Assembly (NCBI GenBank): GCA_973895155.1
Contig: OZ316897.1
Coordinates: 22,791,455 to 22,855,454, forward strand
Reading direction: 5' to 3'
DNA length: 64,000 nucleotides
From: Marsupella aquatica
Taxonomy: Eukaryota > Plantae > Marchantiophyta
This document shows positions 25,887 through 38,300 of the stretch, in pieces. The translations under genes were made by a program, and so were the position numbers. Position 1 is the first letter of the stretch. Each line of letters opens with the position of its first letter. The notes below the pieces were generated by a model, which saw only the letters and a program-made list of their open reading frames with translations, was not told the origin of the DNA and searched no databases.

Positions 25887-27567
25887 TGAGACGGAGAGAG
25901 CAACGGACCTGTTTCGGATCGAATCCAGGAATGCACAACTAGGGAGCGTAGTGGTGGCGATGATGACCCGCACATCTGATTGATTCACCCGGTCCGTCTT
26001 CTCTTGTTGGGTGATTGGCCTTGGATGGGAGACCTCTCTTGACATCTTCATAATAGTGTTGCGATTTGCAGACATGCACTACTCTTTTTCGGCACGGTTC
26101 GAAATCGTTTTTTGTTTTCTTTTCTCGGTCTGGTCACAAGCCTGCCTGCCGGTTCTGGATCCCGCAACTGGTGATGAGATCATGTAGGTCAGATGAAGGT
26201 GAAGAAATCTTCCCTCACCAATTGCGATCCCGGGCAAAATGCAATTGATATGGCGGAGATGACCGCCACTATACTACACGAATGTGCACGCCTCATTGAC
26301 ACTAGAAGCGCATACATTCCACGAATATAGATTAGGCAGATTTACACCAGTTCCCAAAAATTTAAAGTTCGCTAAACCCATTCATCTCAAGATTGAACCT
26401 AGCTGCAAGCTAGTGTGGTTCGGTGTTGAATAACTTCGTAATAAAGTCTCTTTGGCTTGTTTCTATACCCCTGTTCAAATTCGAATGGTTCTCGCTTTTT
26501 TCGGAGTGTCCACCTTCAATGCTTGAATGTAGAGATTTTATTAGCCTCTGCACCGATACAGTGAATGCCACATAGTTCGACCTGTCCGACCAGCAATTTT
26601 CATCTATAGGAGAAGCATTTGCATATGTTGCTACGTTTGCTTCGTAATTTCAAGCTCAACATAAATTTGATGTTCTGGATTCTTCGCTCATCCGCAGTTT
26701 GAAGATTCTGTTTTCCACTCATCCCTTGCAACTCGGGTCTAAGCTTGACAAGTCCTTGTGGAAGGTATTCAGGCGGTACAGTCATGTCGAACTTTTCTCT
26801 CCATCTATCAGGGGTCATTACTCGTGTTCTTGACCAATGTAGACTACCGATAGTATTTGAACAAGGTGGAATATCAGTGGGGAATGACTGGTCTCCCGCT
26901 TCTTGGCAATGTGTACATTTTCTTGCTCTTCACCAAAGTACTTTTCATAGCATTTTGACAGGTTGGGTACAGTGGGGTGTGATTGTGAGCTTCCTGAATG
27001 TGTCCAGTTCTATAACCCAGTCGTACGTGTTCTGACTCAAATGTTTTGGTTCCTCTAGGGAATATTTTACCTCTGCTGTTGTCAAGTAAACAACAGGGAA
27101 ATTCTTGGATCCAGACTCCAAGCTTTGGTCAGACCGGACATACTTCACGAGTTACGTACAAGATTGGTTGTACCGCGTCCAAAATTCTCCATACCCAAAA
27201 CATTGGGTGGGACATGAGGAGCATGAGCATCACGCTTTAGTGTGATTCCAATGTGGAGCTGGAAAACATAGTTAGTTGAGCTGAATTTGCTCCTGTGTAT
27301 TAGAATGCCGTTTCAGCGCAGGACATTTCCACATCAGAATTGAAGATTCGATCCTCAACACGGCGCGTCGTCATGACTGCAGCACAATCGCAGCACGTCG
27401 AAATGTGGCAAAAGCCTACCATTTCTCGAGTGGGACCAGCCCAACCATTCTCGAAATTCACGCTGTACTTTGTGTACTCTGAAGCTCACGTTCGTGCGAC
27501 CTTCGAATGATAGACGGGATCCCCGGACGACAACTTTAAGTCCAGATTGGTTCTCTTCCGTGGATAC

Positions 27568-27869
27568 CCAGTTTGACTTTGCCCGTCAAATTGGGGGATT
27601 TTCGCTTAAAACCGTAAACCCGGACGCCCGGTCGTCCGGACTCGGGGTAGGTCCGGGTGTGAGGGTCGACCCGGGCTGGCCCGGGCCGGGTGTTTAGGGG
27701 GTTCGGGATGGGTTTGGGAGGCCGGGGAGGGGTTCGGGAGGCCGGGTCCGGGGTGGGTTTGGGCGGGGTCCGGGCAGGGAGTTTGGGGGGATATAGGGGA
27801 ATATACGTCAAACTAACCATTTTGGGACCGTCATTTGACAGTTTTACATGCCCGTCAGGTTAAACCTGG
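27568..27869. mobile_element. GC-rich MITE with short TIRs (CCAG..TTT / AAA..CTGG) and a 9-bp TSD
   Basis: Perfect 9-bp direct repeat cgtggatac at 27559-27567 and 27870-27878. Termini are ccagtttgac and ttaaacctgg. The interior is strongly G-skewed. Confidence 0.75.
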
Positions 27870-27884
27870 CGTGGATACTTTCAT

Positions 27885-28229
27885 TGTTAGATATTGCTCT
27901 AGTCTTGTGACTCATGAGCTAACCACAATTAGTCTAACTCGGGTTAGGACTTAGCTAATGTTAGCGGTAGTGCTGTTGTGCATATAGCCAAGGCTGATGC
28001 CAGACCCTGGGTGGAACTTAGGCTCATTGTTACGGAGCTAGTTGAGAGATAAGGAGAGCTTGTGTTGTGGATGCTTGGTATGGCCGGTCGGCCTAGAGTG
28101 CAGTAAAGCTCTTGTGTGTTCCCGTGGACGTAGCCTCATGTGGAGGTGAACCACGTATCTCTCTGTGTCGACTATTGTGCGTTGGATGGTTCATGGGCTT
28201 GCTGTTACGAATGTCGTCTATGCTCAACA
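27885..28229 (+). mobile_element. Solo LTR (Copia-like), 345 bp
   Basis: TGTTAG...TCAACA termini, perfect 5-bp TSD TTCAT (27880-27884, 28230-28234), and the internal gtggacgtagc...gaaccacgta motif typical of plant Copia LTRs. Confidence 0.85.
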
Positions 28230-28271
28230 TTCATTAGTGCCTCGTTGATAAACTGGACTAGCCTGATTATT

Positions 28272-28585
28272 GATTCCTTGAACATGTAAATAGAGATTAG
28301 ACAAAAATCATCTTGCCAAAAGAAATTCATTACTATTTCCTGGTCATATTTACCCCATTCACCCCATTCCTGTTTTTGCTTGCTCTTTCAGTTAAACAAT
28401 CTTTACCCCCATTCCTGTTTTCTGTTGCTCTTTTAGGTAATCCCCCCTCCCGCACACACACACATTCCCATTCCTTGAACATGTAAATAATGATAGACAA
28501 AAACAATCTTGCCAAAACAAAATTTCATCACTATTTCTTGTTCATCTTTACCACATTCCTTCTTTTTTGTTGCTCTTTTAGTTAA
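28272..28585. repeat. ~200-bp-period degenerate direct duplication
   Basis: attccttgaacatgtaaata...tagacaaaaa...tcttgccaaaa...ttgctcttt.agttaa occurs at about 28272 and 28470. Confidence 0.75.
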
Positions 28586-28784
28586 TCCCACTTAGCTAAC
28601 ATCAGTATAGGTTGGAGGCATAGCATTCTCCTTTATTCTTCACATGTACTCTCATATGTTATGGATCTTTGGAGAATTTATCTATCAATGATATCTCGTT
28701 GGTGTAACGTATGATTGAGTGTAATCTCATGTTCAACATTTGTTGTCTAGTCTGAGCGGACGGTTTCTTACCCCATTTCTTACA

Positions 28785-29950
28785 AGTACTTCGCCAGGCC
28801 CTTCGGACAATCCGCTATCATATATCCAAAAAACCCAATTTTTTTCAGTATTGGTCGTCCAGTCCACCTTCACCTCCACTACATTGTAGAGGTTAACTTA
28901 GTCTTGGGTTGAACTATGGTGGTTAGTATGTTAACTATGGTTTACTCTAACCCTAGTTGAAGAGATTGGTCTTTATCTCTCCAAGTTCTATGTGATATGA
29001 AAACACACACAAGAGAGTTCTCAAGAGAGAACACATAGCATAGCAGCAGGAGATGAGAACTTGAAGAGATGAAAACTATGGTGATGCTTGAATAGACACA
29101 TAACCGGTAATAAAGCTTGGTCTTCCTGTGGACGTAGTCGACCTTGAGACGAACCACGTAACTAATGAGCAAGTGTATTTTGGAGTGTTTTTCCTAATCT
29201 GATTTCTCCCCACATACACAAGGTGCCATTACTTGAGTCGAGGCGCCACAAAACCTACAAAATGCTATTTTTTTTAAATCACTCCAATATTCTATTGGAT
29301 GACAAAATGAATTTGGTTTTAGCTGAAAATAGTTTGGTGTGATCTTGTAAGTTTATGCTACCTACTCAAAAAAGTTGAGACTTTTCGTACATCTACTAAC
29401 ACTTAATCTTATACTCTCAAAAATCATCTTATACTCTCAAAAATCTACAGTTGGGAATAAGTAACAGGTAATATGGCTAATGGGCGGTTTAAGGCATTTG
29501 TTTTGAAAAATTATAATACTTTTATGTTTCACTTAAAACCTGTTACTTATTCAAAAAAGGTACCTAGCTCAGCTCTGGTATAAACTTTGCTCTAGAAACC
29601 TAAAGAAAGTGCACAATTGTAGATTGCAAATTGTGAATAATGACATATCAGGATATAGGGTTGAGTGTTGGAGGTCTTCAAAACGTATTAACATTTTTCA
29701 AAAGGTAGCTTGAACTTTAGAGATCCCACCAAACAATTTTCACTCAAACCAATCCATCTAATCATCCAATAAAATATTGAGTTTATTCAAAAAATTACAT
29801 TTTGTAAGTTTTGTGGCGCCCCAAGTCAAGTAGTGGTACCCTGTGTAGTGAAGGTGGACCTGATGACAACTGTTGCGGACTTATTGGGTTTTTTGGATAT
29901 CTGGCGACGGGTCTTACAGCCAATCTTCCAAAGGACCTGGTCAAGTCCTG
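28785..29950. mobile_element. Foldback/long-TIR non-autonomous DNA element with a solo LTR inserted in its left arm
   Basis: 29215-29413 is an imperfect inverted repeat of 29651-29847 (tacacaaggtgccattacttgagtcgaggcgccacaaaacctacaaaatg versus rc tacacagggtaccactacttgacttggggcgccacaaaacttacaaaatg). The match continues outward, with 28785-28873 pairing to 29848-29950 (gtccaccttcac, atatccaaaaaacccaat). Confidence 0.8.
28885..29214 (+). mobile_element. Solo LTR (Copia-like), 330 bp, nested in the foldback element
   Basis: TGTAG...CCACA termini, near-perfect TSD TACAT/TACAC, the same gtggacgtag...gaaccacgta motif, and aataaa. Confidence 0.75.
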
Positions 29951-32337
29951 AGTCCATCTTTATGGTCCATCAAGTCTGAAAAATGCTAGAGGGCCAGGTT
30001 AAGTCCTTTCCTGCCCTGAACCTTGTGCGCTCCTCCATCCCCATGAGCTTGGACTTTCCCCATTTTTTCCAAACCAAGAAGACAGGTCCCTTCACAAACG
30101 AGAGAAAAAGTCCTCAACTGGATCTGATCAGAACTGTTCATTTACCTCACGGACGACCAGAAACGAGTGAAGTTCTACAACTACTGTACTGAACTGTGCA
30201 TTGGACGCACAATAACTCAGTGTCCTGCATTTCAATGTAGTCACTGCATTTTCACATCAACAAAGGAACGCGGCAATTGCATTAGAGCAGGCCCACAGAT
30301 AAAATGTCTCATCCTGTTGTCCCATTTCAGTCATCAATGTAATCTTTTACTTTGCGAGCAGAAAAGAAGCAGAAAAGAGGGTGTATCATCCTGTTGTCAC
30401 ATAGTGTGTGTACTTTGTGAGCAAAAAGGAGAGTGTATCATTTTGTCACATTCCAGCTGTCACTATCATATGTACTTTGTGTGCGGAGAGGAGGGTTTCT
30501 CTGCTGTCCATCCAGATTGAAAAAGTCTACCCAGGCATTTGGCAAAGATGGAGATCCATTCAGGCTTAAATTTGTTGATGAAAAAAATATACACACAAGT
30601 ACCCATAACAGGGTAAATCTGTAAAATACAGGGTGTGGCCGCATCAAGAACACGATGACACTGGTGTTACGTGGAAAAGCGAGCGTGGATTTTCCTCACT
30701 GGCACGCCAGTGTCGATGACTCCCAGCAAGGTAGCTCAAGAAACAGAACCTCTTGACGATGCTAGTGCCTCAAGAAATAGAAACTCTTGCCGATGCGAGT
30801 GCCTGAAGGATGGGAGGATGCTTATGCCCAACATGATATTAATTTCACGCCACGCAAACTATTGGTTCAACATTGGGGTCTACACCGAGGGGGCAGGGAC
30901 CTAAGGGAAATTGGTTACCGTCGTTATGGTGATGACTTCACCACAAAGACATGCCTGATTGTCCTATGTCAGCCTGAGACTGTGACACTCTCACTGGTCA
31001 CGGAATTTTGGGACAACCGTCGAACAATGATAGAGCTTGCTTGTAACAATTTCTCTGTTTCTAAAACTGTTAACATGCGCAAAATGTCTGTACAAACATC
31101 TCTCGATGAGTTGTCGGTGGGAGATTGCCGATAGAAAAACAGAAACTTGCATACAATCATTTGTGTCTCTTTTCTACTGCACAAACGGTCTGCTTAACTC
31201 TTTCTCCACATTGGCAGACGAGATAACCAAACATAAGCGTTCCCTCGTCCAAATCAGCACGAAAGCTCTCGAGAAAAACTATCTCTCTTCATAAATACAA
31301 CACGACCATGTGTCAATCTGAATTCCAAGAAAATGGGCGAATCTCACAATCCAAGCACTGGCACCTGCCACTGAAAAGGGAGTCTGGCGGATCACATCAA
31401 TTTGAGTTGTCGTGCTGTAGCACTCCAATTTAACGAACAGAGACAATAAAGCCTCATCATTCATTTTGAAAGGGCCCAAGGGCCACGTCAAAGCGCCCAG
31501 CACCAATACCTTCAGCAGAACATGAGAAATAAGGGCCCGGACCCTAGTATCAATACCATCAGGAGCTGTACGCCTCCGGAAGCCAGTGCTCTAAATCAAG
31601 TGATACAAGCCCTCCTAATTTACCACATCAGACCGGTCTCGTAGTAGACCCTCTGGCAAAACCACCAAAATTTTCTGAACTGGCCGAGACTCAACCGTTA
31701 ACCGATTTTTACACTCATGGGCTTTAGCTCGAGTTCCTGTCATCGAAAATCGTTGCAATCTACTGGGTGCTCAATTCTATGCGTGCACTGCACCTGCCAT
31801 AATTTTCTCAGGCCACAAGAAATGAAGATCCACTGCAGAGGGACAAGAGGGATCTTTCTATATGTCTAGACAGTAGAATGGCGACAACCAGCCACCAATC
31901 ACACGGATAACTCTCCGAATGGTCACACAAAACCAAAACACAGTTCCAATTTTGAAACTGATGTCTCTTGCGAAAGAGAACCTCGGGCTGGATAAAGAAT
32001 GGAGGTCCTCCCAAATTAGAAACCTAAGAAAAGGTGGTATTTCTCATCCCTCTAACCTTCAATCTATTTCGTTGACAAAGTCACGTCGACATTCCCGGCA
32101 CCCTACTTACTTAATGTTCGTAATCAGGGAGGCAATCAGGGAGGCTTCTGGTATACAAATTGATGCCCTTGGAGACTTCCGAATGTCACCCATAAATGCC
32201 GCAGCACACTCCGAGCTGGAAGCTGCTGATTTGGGATGCCACCGAGTCTCAGTATGTAAACTGGTGACTGACATCTGCCGCGTTTGACAGTGTGAAAAAG
32301 TGGAAATCTATTGGGCGGGTGTATTCCAAGCAGAATC

Positions 32338-35300
32338 TCAAGTTTGTATCGCTGTATATCGCCCTCCAACCTCGTTAGTCTTTTGTTTCTGGTATTCTAT
32401 GTATCGTAAAGTGCTGGCAAAGAAAGCATCGACTTCTGGATCTTGAGCAGTATTTTCACTTTGCAGTTCCGTTTGGATCAGTTCGAGCAGTCCTTGGATG
32501 ACAGTACTCGTCACTTGAGGGTTTCCTTTCTCGTAGTAATACAAATATCTGAGTGGACATTGCGCGGCATATATTAGAACACTCGGGAGAAAAAAAACAA
32601 ATCGAAATACAAACTCTAGACGTTTTGAAGATGTTATAACGATAACAAAACAACACGTTCTTACTTGTTCAGAATTTCGACAAATAGAGTCAAGGGACCA
32701 TTGCTGCCCCTGGTTGCACTCGACATTTGTTGTGCAGCATTTGCAATCCTTAGTGCCCGTTTCAAGCACAGTAGAACCCTGACGCAATACAAAAGTCAGC
32801 GGAGCCATCGTATTCCCTTTCAAGACCTACTTGAAAGCTCATCAATTTACTGGCAACTAGGAGCTCACACTAGAAAAGAAGTGAAAGGGGACCAGGAGCT
32901 CAGGCGTCTCAAGACCAAGCCCGAAGATCTGGATTCAGTCAACAGTAATCGTACAAGCCCCATCCAAAGCAGGTGGAAGGAAAGCGTACAGGCCAACATC
33001 AATAAGCGCATCTGCCTTCGTACTAGAGATAGTACTGGAAACAAGAAAACCCAGTGAAAACTCGAAGTTGTCGACACTACTAAGAATTAAGAACATACCT
33101 TTCACCATCTTTGACTCCACCTTCATCTTCAACCCAAAACAAATGTGAGCATGCAAACACAGCCCGACACTGGTCTGGTTTTTTTAGCAGCTTGGCTGAA
33201 TACTGCAAGAACCGAGAGAAAAATATTCAGCTATAAGCAGTGAAATAGAATTTCAATCAACCGATGATCCAGTCCTTTCCAGATAATCTAATGCAACAGT
33301 AGCAGATGGCTTGAACATCAAGAGCATCTGATTAAACAGCAAAGATAGCTTTGTAACTCATAGTAACCAGCCAGAGATCTCACAGTAAAAACTTATAAAC
33401 CTCCCCCGATGCAAACTTACCCCAGTGGCCTTGTGAGTGAGAGTATCTCTGTTTTCAACACCAAATACATGAGTCCTTTGCAAAGTTCCAATAATGAGAT
33501 GAATTGCTGTCACTTCTGCTTTTGAGTCCTGCATGAAAACATAACAGTTAGAACTACAAATTCATTCATCAAATTCCTCCCCCCCTCACCCCTCCCCCCC
33601 TCTTTTATTTGGTACTCTGCTTCTTGCCCTTTAGACCCACACTGTTATTTCTGTTGCTTGCTCCCTCGAGAATATTGTACAAAACAAGGGTTCTTCTCTG
33701 GGTCACAGGGATAATTGCTACTAATAATTTCCACAAAGTCGCTGACTCAAATACATCGATAATCAATTCTTTACGTGTACAGGAAAGCTCAACGACCAAT
33801 AATCATTTTCAAGTATGAAAAGGAGGACAGCCATTGAATATAACCTAGTGTCAAGGTGGAGAAGGAAACTGTCTTCCAATGGCAATCCACTCTCCAAAAG
33901 CTCTTTATTCCGACTTCCTATTATGCTTTGGAAAAACGTGTACAACTTCTTGTTATAACAAGTCGGATGCAGGGTAAGACGTCCATGGGATTAAGTCCAA
34001 GAGAAAACATACTGTGATTTCTTCTTCGTAGAGCATAAACGCCTGGGTAAAGAATTCATAGGCAACTGGCTCCAACCCACAATCACTAGCAGCCTGTCCA
34101 ACCGTTCAGGAACCACGGACCAGCCAACTTAAATGTGAGGAATTAATTCAGATTATAGCTTGGATACCAAGGCCCACTTATTTTGGCATTGGATAGAAAT
34201 CCTATTTTAAAGGAAGCAAATATGCTTCAAACGGACAGAACACAACTCAGACTGCCAAACCAGACTAAAAGATAAGTAAAATACATCGACAAAGACAGCA
34301 ACCAATCAAACAAATCCACTGCACCTCTGCGCATTGTAGATACAACCGCAGTGCCAGTTCTGGTGCTGGAACCATTGACAGTGCTTCGACAGTCTGCATA
34401 TGGCATACATCGCTACTTTTCAGATACGGCTGCACTCTTTCCGAGATTAAAAGTGAAAAACAATTGAGAATGGGACAAACCTCTAGTACTACAGACTATG
34501 AAATACTACATGTTTAGAGCACACAAAGAGTAACACGAAAGGCGGGGCATGCTAAGCGACGAGATTTGGTGAAGTCCCCACCTGATGCAAAAACTGGAAG
34601 ACCACCTTCAAGGAAACAGGGCTATCTTCGCTGATCTCTTGACCTTGCAAGGTCCTTACAAGCTGCCAATAGCAATATTACACATGCTAAGAAAACATAT
34701 AAATGTAATGACTTGTTAAGAATGGCATTCCAGTATAAATAGTTTACCAAATGGTGTCTTTTAAGACAAAAAAGGAAAAATAGCGGTCTCCTAAACTAAC
34801 CTTAAGCGCCGAGAAAATTAGAGGAGCCAGTGTAAACTCAAGTCGTTTAGGGCCACCTTGACCAAAGTGCTTTCTAGCAGTGGTCAGAATCTGCAATCAT
34901 CACAGACAACAACCATATGAAATTTAAAACTGGTGACCTTACATAGTTTACAAGACAATGAACGATTGCAAGTGCCTTGTTTTGGAAGAGACATACTACC
35001 CAAATTTTATGACACAAAGACACTCTGTTTAAGGGAGAAGCGACTCACCTTATACATTTCTTCATGATCCGGGTTCACCAGCATGTGCACAAGACGGGCA
35101 ACAAGGTTTTGCTCCTCCTTGAAGTCCTCCTCGTCCAGCTGCCTCACCACGAACATCACTCAGTCTGATCAATATTCAATCCACTTACTAAACCCACATA
35201 CTAGTATGACATTAAGTCCAGTTACAAAGTGAGGGAAACAATCTAAACTCCTGGCAAAGCACGTATAAACCACCGAAATAGCTCCATAAAGTAACCAGCT

Positions 35301-38300
35301 TCAATCCAACAGTTTAAGATATGTCACCATGCACATACGGAAAAATCTCCGACAACACATCGTCTTGAGAATCCACCCTCAATATGAAGAGCTAGATCTA
35401 AATCATCGAGACCCACTTGTCAATTTTCCACGACAAACCAATAAATCAAGTACGACATTACCTAGAGTTGTGCCTAGGTTGTAGTGGTTACCTCATCTAG
35501 CGACGGAGCTCCCTGTCCATCTTTTAAGAGCTCCTTCAACAGCTCAAACAATGCATCCACCTGCAAATCAAGACGATGGACAAGAATTATTACCATGCCC
35601 AACTCCAAATAGAGAAGAACCAACGGAAACAAAGTTTAGGAGTCGTAACTCACAATCAGATATTGGGAGTTGTACCTTGTCCGCTGTTGTGATTTGTGTG
35701 TTGTTCTTCATAACACTTTGGATGATCACTACAGCCATTACTTTATTGGTTTCGTAATCCAAATGCTCCATCACTTTAGGGTAGTTCACTAGCTTTAGCA
35801 TGGTGACCACGTTGTTGTACTTCTCCAATGGCGCACTAAGTAGCGCAACAATCTGCTTTGTCGCTTTCGCGTCTTTAACCTTTCCGTGTCCTTCAAGTTT
35901 TTTCACGCATGCTCCCTGCAAGAACAGAAAAACTGTTATGGCACGATTACTCCAGCACAGGAAACATCCATCGTTCCAAGGATAAGGCATTCAGCTATCA
36001 AAAAGGGCCCGTTTGTACTTACCAGCACTTGATCAACATAGTCAAGTCTGTCAATATGCACACGCAATATAAATGTAAGCAGGGCCACATGCAGACTGAT
36101 AGCTCCAACAAGAGGCATGTCAGGCTGAGCTTCAATCACCTGGAGCATGCACACAGATGAGTAAGCTGTCAGAAATTTCTCCAGATAACACTTGAAAAGC
36201 AAGGGAGAGGACGAAAGACAAACTTGCACAAGTGATAAGTTATGTTGTACGCACTTTCACTACTGCATTGCTGAGCTTTGAGAAAGCTTCCACTTGTAGA
36301 AACTCAGGCAGCACCTGCAGAAGTGTACATTCATATCCGTCAAAAATTCAACCTTAGATCCACCCATCCAGGGCATGTGGTGAACGGCTGACGAGTTATA
36401 GCTTATGCCGCACAAAGAGTACAACTGCAATTTGATTTAAACAATACATAAAGGGAAGTCAAATCCTTAGAGGTTATTCATCAATCACGTGAATACACCA
36501 AGTTACCTCTGGCGAAGACGCTGCATAGTTCGAAAGCCGTTCCATCAATTGTGACATGACTGTCTTAATGTCGACTGTGGGCTGAAATCAAAGAGACTAA
36601 CAAATCAATATCTAGAAAAGTGGCTGTAACTTTTAAAATCTCAGCTGAATATATGGCAACGTATGGATATCAGACATTCATCAGTAGAATTGAAAAGGAA
36701 ATGAAAAAGTCACCCACCTGTAGCTGCGGGCATGCACCAAGAAGCGTTTCCAGTGTTTGAAGGTGAAAATCATCAGGAAAGACCTGAATGATGCAATCCA
36801 TCAAGTAATACTGTGCAAGCTCATCTTTGCAGTTGACTACCTAACAAAACCCAAACCGGTAGTCAGGAATCATTCTGTTTCGTGAAAAACCATTATATCC
36901 AATCGTACTGTCAATCAAGATCGTTCCGCAACTCAGCGCTACACAAAAACTCAAGATTGCTTCAAATTACAAAGTCCGGACATATCTGAAGTTTAAATGT
37001 TAAAAAGACTTAATTCAAGAGATAGATGCGGTAATTTAAAATTCGAGAAAAATTACCTGTTCAAGAACCCGAGGCAAAACCACCTCTTTATACATCTCCA
37101 GGTCCACACCTTCCAGCTGGCTAAGCACATGGAGATTCTTACCTACCTGTCATCAAAGAGCAACATTTAGAGGCGGATATGAGAACTGACGACATTCCCG
37201 TTCTACGTGTTCTGAGGAATCATATACGAAACGTCCGTGGACACCGCGCTCGAAGCTTAAACTTCGAAATCCGGATGTTACTGTTGAAGAAAAGTTCTTT
37301 GAGAGTAACTTTAAGCTTTGGACATGACCTTTCATGATCTTGTTTGATAGCATGTGGCAGCACAAACAATACATGAACGTATTAAATTTAAAGCATATTT
37401 TGAGAAACCCGCAAACAGAAGGTTTCAAAGGTAAATATCATTCTCCATACCAAGTCTCGTAGTTCACTCCTCTCCTTCTCTCGTTTCTCTTTCTCCCGGG
37501 CAGGCCCCTGCACATCACCACAACGAAGGTGTAAATCTACAACTTGCATACATTACAGAACAACTTAAACTCCATGGTCGGCACACTTCCTGCTTGTAGG
37601 AATCTAAAAGCCAAACATTCCGAGGCCATCTAACAGGAAGATGAGATTTAATAGTATTTATTGCGATTGTATACCAACAAAATAAATACAGCGACATACA
37701 CCGAAGTTAACGACGTCGACTGCTGATGTGAAGTCGTAAACACCAAAATCAGGTGGGAATGACTCAAAGTTTTGCATACCTGGTGCTGCATTCGAACCCA
37801 TAGTTTATTCATCTCAGTGAAATTTTGAAGAACAAACTCGACAGCATCCATAACGTCACCTCCTTCCCTGTAATGCAGCGGAAGTGGGACCCATTAAAAA
37901 CTTTAACCAAAAATAGCACTGACGCCCTCACTCATCCCAGACCTTAGCGCAATATCGTTTCTGGTCTTCTCTTTGAACTCGTGTTAAACTCTGCTTTAGA
38001 GGAGATCAGCAACACCGTCAATCTACCATTGATCTTGTCCAACTTTTAGAGCACAATTCAAAGAACACATTTAAGAAGAGGTTTTTATTAACGCAACGCA
38101 CATACCCTTCATACTCTGAACCAGAATCTGGAAGCTTATCCCGACTGATTTGAGATAGGTAACTCCTCAGAAATAGTCCTCGGATAGGATGTTGTACTCC
38201 ACGACTCATCTCAACCAAGTCTTTTAATACTTCCTTTGCTGGCGCCTCCTTTGACTTTATGTACACAGAACCAACTGTACAAAGAAGATACCTGGAGATC

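Noticed and set aside
25430-25975. Gly/Val-rich 181-aa ORF on the minus strand
   Set aside because: It is the antisense shadow of the AGP coding sequence.
26600-27240. Possible minus-strand gene from co-framed short ORFs
   Set aside because: In-frame stops intervene, and I found no consistent splice model or recognisable domain.
29217-29845. Stand-alone TA-flanked Tc1/mariner MITE
   Set aside because: The inverted symmetry continues past the TA dinucleotides once the solo LTR is removed, so the TA is internal to a larger foldback element.
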